DNA of 64,000 nucleotides from an uncultured candidate division Zixibacteria bacterium (GTDB lineage Bacteria; Zixibacteria; MSB-5A5; UBA10806; 4484-95): NCBI GenBank assembly GCA_963668625.2, contig CAXXKA010000008.1, positions 1,024,001 to 1,088,000 of the forward strand, read 5' to 3'. Shown piece by piece: positions 60,601 to 64,000 of this stretch (position 1 is its first letter; each line of letters starts with the position of its first letter). The notes under the pieces were generated by a model. It saw only the letters and a program-made list of their open reading frames with translations, ran no database searches and was not told where the DNA came from. The position numbers and the translations under genes were made by a program.

Positions 60601-60708
60601 GGATTATCCGTATCGGCCTTTATCACTTTGATATTGATACCGGTGGTATATATAACCGTGCATTCCGCTATTGATAAATACCGCAAGCCAGTTATTCCCG
60701 AGGATTAG
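57625..60708 (+). CDS. RND efflux permease (AcrB/MdtB/C family)
   Basis: LPVDLLP, GLIVDNSIVVIENI, GIVVNNAIVLVD, RLRPILMT. Confidence 0.95.
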   Translation: MNITRISVHRPIATTMVFLIILVLGVMGFHFLPVDLLPQIEYPRLSISTSYPNVGPEEIETIITDRIENAIASVPNIEDVRSNSREGRSRVTLEFAQGTDIDAAANDLRAALDRIRDDFPPEVEPPRIWKFDPDNFPVVILGARSSRSMDELTRILEREVAQRFEQIPGVGSVDVWGGVYREIQVQLKRDRLASSQLSASDVQAALQRENVTLPGGDMREGVSDIYVRTRGEFKSIDEIAATIITVIDGKPIRVRDVAEVVDGYEDINRIVQIDGQPMIRLGVRKQSGANTVAVAAEARKVMEQISREREDIELLMVIDQSQFIQNSINNVQQSALFGGLLAIFMLYLFLRNGSTTFIIALSIPISIVASFGLLFFNGLTLNQMSFGGLALGIGLIVDNSIVVIENIIRLRENHHTLRESALTGTGQVSGAIVASSLTTMVIFLPVVFMQTISGMLFRELALVVVFALLCSLFVALTLVPMLASRFLSVKPGEKTTENTNTRLGRWFVRVEDTYSRHLETAVRHKKIVFISTVVLLVITFLLWPLLPVELAPQTDADEISVDLEMAQGMNIAVVNEYLQELDRIVRQITPMEQVRHLTSEIRGGDAEVEIALKGADERTINSFVLADDIRQAVSGKIPGASVRVSAQSGLWMLRRLFGSGSGEAVEIELRGYDLGVADKIAGDLQEIMEAMPVVADVRVSRREGRPEQNLIVDREKIAKLGLSVREVAEVIQTNIGGSRAGVFRQGGEEFPITVRLQPGDRLSTLDLSNVSITISSGETLPISSVVKTERRRSPTEIERINGQRVTYISANLESGAALGDVIEELQNGLRDYALPVGFSIVFSGEYEEQQKAQSDFLLSVLMAVTLIYMVMAAQFERFIDPLIVMVTVPLAFVGVVPTLLLTGTTLNVQSLMGIVMLIGIVVNNAIVLVDYINLMRREQKLSLQEAVLQSGRLRLRPILMTTSTTVFGMLPLAFGAGAGGEIQAALARSVIGGLSVSAFITLILIPVVYITVHSAIDKYRKPVIPED

Positions 60709-60763
60709 TTCATCTCGAAAGCATTATCGTTGTATAAAGCTGTTATATGTTTAGTATCTACGA

Positions 60764-61219
60764 TTAGTTGCCGGCCGTGGAATCCATCGGATCGTAATGG
60801 ATATCGGTGGCATCCGAGGCGGCCAAACCAAGCAGTGAATCAACGGGAGGCGCAGGACTAAATTGTGAGGGAGTCACGATTACGCATTCCTCATGTATCC
60901 AGTTGGAAGCTCCATAACCAAGAATGAATCCGATGATTAAAACCGCGGCGACTTTGAAAAGGTCGTACGATTGCCTGGGTTTATGCTTGGCATGAGGCAT
61001 ATCGATGGAATGCCCTATTGCTCTGATACCGCCTATCGAGCTGATTGCCCGGCGAATACGATCCAACCTCGTTTTGCATTCGATACAATTTTCGAGATGG
61101 CACTTCAAGTCGTTTAAAGTGGTTTGAGCGTCGATCAATTCCAACTCATATTTCAAAAGGTCGTCATCACTGATATGTTTCATTCGAATATACCTTCCTC
61201 TATTAAAATATCCCGACAT
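60764..61219 (-). CDS. Anti-sigma factor with zf-HC2 motif
   Basis: HLENCIEC plus one TM helix, downstream of the ECF sigma gene. Confidence 0.78.
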   Translation of the reverse strand: MSGYFNRGRYIRMKHISDDDLLKYELELIDAQTTLNDLKCHLENCIECKTRLDRIRRAISSIGGIRAIGHSIDMPHAKHKPRQSYDLFKVAAVLIIGFILGYGASNWIHEECVIVTPSQFSPAPPVDSLLGLAASDATDIHYDPMDSTAGN

Positions 61220-61716
61220 CTTTTTACGGCGTAAAAGATACGAGATTTAACCGTGCCGATAGATATCCCTAAAAGATCGGCTATTTGCTCATAACTCTGG
61301 TCGGCGTAAAAACGTAGAAGTAATGTCTCTCGATGTTTGTCGTCGAGTTTGCGAATCGCACCGCTGATTATTCTGTCGCGCTCATCTTTTAGCATAGCGG
61401 TCAGTGAATCCGGATCATTATGGGCCATATTCACGCTGTTTATGTTTTCGCTATGTTGCCGACGATGTTTCTCCTTTATCGAAAGCCGATACGCGATAGT
61501 GCCGAGATAACCCTTAACCGTGCCGGAGGTATTAGAGATAATGGCTTCATAAGCCCGGAGGAATGTCTCCTGTACTATATCCTCGGCCGCTGCCGGAGAT
61601 CCAGTAATCATCACGGCCAGCGATAATAAACGCGGTTGATAATTTTTGGTCAACTCGTGCCAGGCCTCGATATTACCTTTCTGAGCTCTATGAAATATAT
61701 CCCATTCGGATTTCAA
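61180..61716 (-). CDS. ECF RNA polymerase sigma factor
   Basis: AEDIVQETFL, SYEQIADLLGISIGTVKSRIF. Confidence 0.93.
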   Translation of the reverse strand: MKSEWDIFHRAQKGNIEAWHELTKNYQPRLLSLAVMITGSPAAAEDIVQETFLRAYEAIISNTSGTVKGYLGTIAYRLSIKEKHRRQHSENINSVNMAHNDPDSLTAMLKDERDRIISGAIRKLDDKHRETLLLRFYADQSYEQIADLLGISIGTVKSRIFYAVKRCRDILIEEGIFE

Positions 61717-63044
61717 CGATCTATACCTTTACTCCTGCACCATTCCTTTATTCGTTTAACATCCCGATGTTCGCACAATTGATTATAGATTGCATCACGA
61801 TATTTATCTGGAACGTACTGGTCTGCGTAATTAAGATACCAATCAAAGATATCTTCTAGCAAGCCTGGCGCATGGTTTTTAATATCGATCATATTTTTGG
61901 GTATTGATGTTGCATAATTGTATATCAATTGACGAGCCGCATCGCCCTCAGGGGAAAATTTTAGACGCCAACTGTTCAAGCTGGATGTCCGAAAATCTTT
62001 CATCCATGACGTATATACTTTCCTGAGCAGGTCCCCGTATGATTCTTTCGGCTTTGTTATTAAAGTAACCAGTCCAAGCGTTTTACCGTTCGCCTGAAGA
62101 GGTCGCAACTGTTGGCTGAGGTAAATAGTACATGAGAAATATACGGGACGATTAACCTTCTCGGCGGCTTTGACTATCATATAAATGAGCGTATCGCTGT
62201 ACGTTCCTCCCCGTGATGGTGTTAGTTTTCCGTCTTTAAACATTTCATTTAAATCTTTGCGAAGTTTAGTATAATCTTTTTCGGTTATAAAATGCGGCGC
62301 GCCGTGATCTATCATATATTGCGGGTACCATTCTGTGTTTAGCAAGCTCCGATTTAGCACCGTAACATCCTGCCGAATACCAAGTATGTTTTGAAGAATC
62401 CACATCGGATAAGTATCGTTGTCTCCGTTGGTGATAATAATCGCATTCTTTTCCGTACTTTGTAGGATATTGTAACAAAAATCTATCACCTCATCATGAA
62501 TGATTCCGATTTCCAATAGATGTTTTAATGTTTTATTGAAAGATGCATCATCGCGATTGATCATTTGATTTACTGCAATCACGAACCAGGGATCGGGATA
62601 ACTCGGATCGAGAGCAACTGATTGCTCCAGTAGTTTCATTGTTTCAGTATTATTTGAAGCTCCCTGGTTCTTCAGAGCTCGTAAGTACAATAACGTTGGA
62701 TTAGCTTTATATTTTTCACATCCTTTATCCAGTAATTCCCAGTAATTGTCATCCTGGGCATATCGACACGCATACATCCAGTTGGCATAGGCGTACTCCG
62801 ATGGGTAAACATCGTAGTATGCTTTCCATTGTGCCGCCAGTTTCTCGTATGTCGGTTGATCGTAAATAACCAGTCTTTTGCTTTTAATTTCCTCCGGGCG
62901 CTCGATTTCACCGGCGCTCAATTGAATGACGGAAACTGCGAAAAGTAACACTACAGCAATGGATGTAAACAAACTTGTTTTGTAATTCATAATATTTTCT
63001 CCTTTCTGATAATACAATCCGACAGGCTTCGAAATGTTCATCAA
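61713..63044 (-). CDS. Exported TPR-like protein with a DUF2723-like NGDNDTYP segment
   Basis: Signal-like N-terminus, ALDPSYPD TPR-like unit, ITNGDNDTYPMW...RQDVTVLN.SLL..WY. Confidence 0.65.
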   Translation of the reverse strand: MMNISKPVGLYYQKGENIMNYKTSLFTSIAVVLLFAVSVIQLSAGEIERPEEIKSKRLVIYDQPTYEKLAAQWKAYYDVYPSEYAYANWMYACRYAQDDNYWELLDKGCEKYKANPTLLYLRALKNQGASNNTETMKLLEQSVALDPSYPDPWFVIAVNQMINRDDASFNKTLKHLLEIGIIHDEVIDFCYNILQSTEKNAIIITNGDNDTYPMWILQNILGIRQDVTVLNRSLLNTEWYPQYMIDHGAPHFITEKDYTKLRKDLNEMFKDGKLTPSRGGTYSDTLIYMIVKAAEKVNRPVYFSCTIYLSQQLRPLQANGKTLGLVTLITKPKESYGDLLRKVYTSWMKDFRTSSLNSWRLKFSPEGDAARQLIYNYATSIPKNMIDIKNHAPGLLEDIFDWYLNYADQYVPDKYRDAIYNQLCEHRDVKRIKEWCRSKGIDR

Positions 63045-63119
63045 TATTCGAGAAAATAAGCAATTAATAATAGCTGGTAACCGGCTGAATGGTTTTCAAT
63101 CACCGGGAAATATAAATTA

Positions 63120-64000
63120 TTAGATATCCAGGATCAATGTTTTATTAATGGCTCGAATCTTATCAGGATCGACATCGGTGTTTTTGGCATATTCCGGCCA
63201 TCTTGATATGGTCTCGATTATCCTATCGAGTATCTCCCCGGGCTTTTTGATATTCATATTAGACGCCAGGCTCAGTATATCCTCCCGGGTGATATCATCT
63301 CGCTTTTCGTTTATACTCATCTGATGCCTCCTGGTCCATTTACGTTCGGGGTTGTAGGCGAAAGTGATATCATATGCCGGTGACAGCCGCCATACACCTT
63401 TCTTATCCATTAAAAAAGATATATTCTTGGTATGATCATCCTGGTTGCGGGCAACGACATTAAAGCACATTCTTCTGAATAACTCCTCAGAGTCAGGGTA
63501 TGGCAGGTTCAATTGCCTGATCACCTGAAAAGCCTGTTCGTAGGAATACGATAATGGCTGGTTGTAGTCGAAATGAGCCAATCCGCAAAGTGTCTGCATA
63601 TGTATTTTCTCGCCGCCCTCACGATCGAACCGTCTGGTCATGAAATGAGCGCGCTTGTTTTCATACTTCAGATCGCACTCTGTCATATTTATTCCGCAGT
63701 CTCCGGCCATAAAGTAATATGCATACTCAATTTTCCCGTACCCCTCGGGATCACCTAACTGCTTATTAGTTACGCCATCGAGTTTGATAATCCAGTAATC
63801 GTAACCGTTTAGATTATCGGTCTGACCCGAGCGGATATCTCCGGATATTTTATTATAAGCGATTACCGCTTTGGCTCTGGCTCCGCCTGCCGAGGTACCA
63901 ACCCTGATTATATCATTTAAACCGTCTTTATCGAGTTCGCTCATGTTAGTGCGAAGTTTGTCCCGGTCGGCAATTACCTGGGAGGCCAGGCGAACCAGCT
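63120..64000 (-). CDS. hipA: HipA-family serine/threonine kinase toxin, 5' end outside the window
   Basis: GTSAGGARAKA, WIIKLDG, RRFDR, NQDDHTKNISFL, LSPAYD; the frame stays open to the window edge. Confidence 0.9.
   Translation of the reverse strand, partial: LVRLASQVIADRDKLRTNMSELDKDGLNDIIRVGTSAGGARAKAVIAYNKISGDIRSGQTDNLNGYDYWIIKLDGVTNKQLGDPEGYGKIEYAYYFMAGDCGINMTECDLKYENKRAHFMTRRFDREGGEKIHMQTLCGLAHFDYNQPLSYSYEQAFQVIRQLNLPYPDSEELFRRMCFNVVARNQDDHTKNISFLMDKKGVWRLSPAYDITFAYNPERKWTRRHQMSINEKRDDITREDILSLASNMNIKKPGEILDRIIETISRWPEYAKNTDVDPDKIRAINKTLILDI

Overview
A bacterial chromosomal segment. The recurring 'NYPNPFN' C-terminal sorting-type tails suggest an FCB-group organism such as Zixibacteria (inference only). 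Host-type genes (pcrA/uvrD, a secreted HisC-like aminotransferase, typA, an RND pump, an ECF sigma/anti-sigma pair, hipA) flank a ~44.5 kb element integrated in a tRNA-Met(CAT) gene; the tRNA 3' half at 5588-5636 is repeated at 50054-50102. The element carries a tyrosine integrase, an excisionase-like HTH, a RepB-type primase/PriL-like/D5-helicase replicase followed by an iteron-like TGTCACC array, and no recognisable virion or conjugation genes. Its cargo is mostly defence-like: PLD-SNF2 helicase plus Type ISP/IIG-like methyltransferase, NucS-like and PD-(D/E)XK nucleases, an Ogg-like glycosylase, a TIR-like-TM protein, a nuclease-STAND (Avs-like) protein and Kiwa. Two cargo modules stand out. 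(1) A compact ubiquitin-like conjugation operon (Ubl-GG|RR, coiled-coil-E2 with four Cys4 repeats, JAB, E1, and two translationally coupled micro-ORFs). (2) A seven-gene operon that pairs two candidate small-molecule synthases (PvcA/isonitrile-synthase-like and AsnB-like) with an NitT/TauT-type ABC importer, a signal-less paralogue of the binding protein fused to two TM helices, and a 2TM protein; it may be an undescribed signal make/import/sense system or a metallophore system. IS4, IS3, IS481 and a truncated IS256 are also present. All family assignments come from motifs read by eye; no database searches were run.
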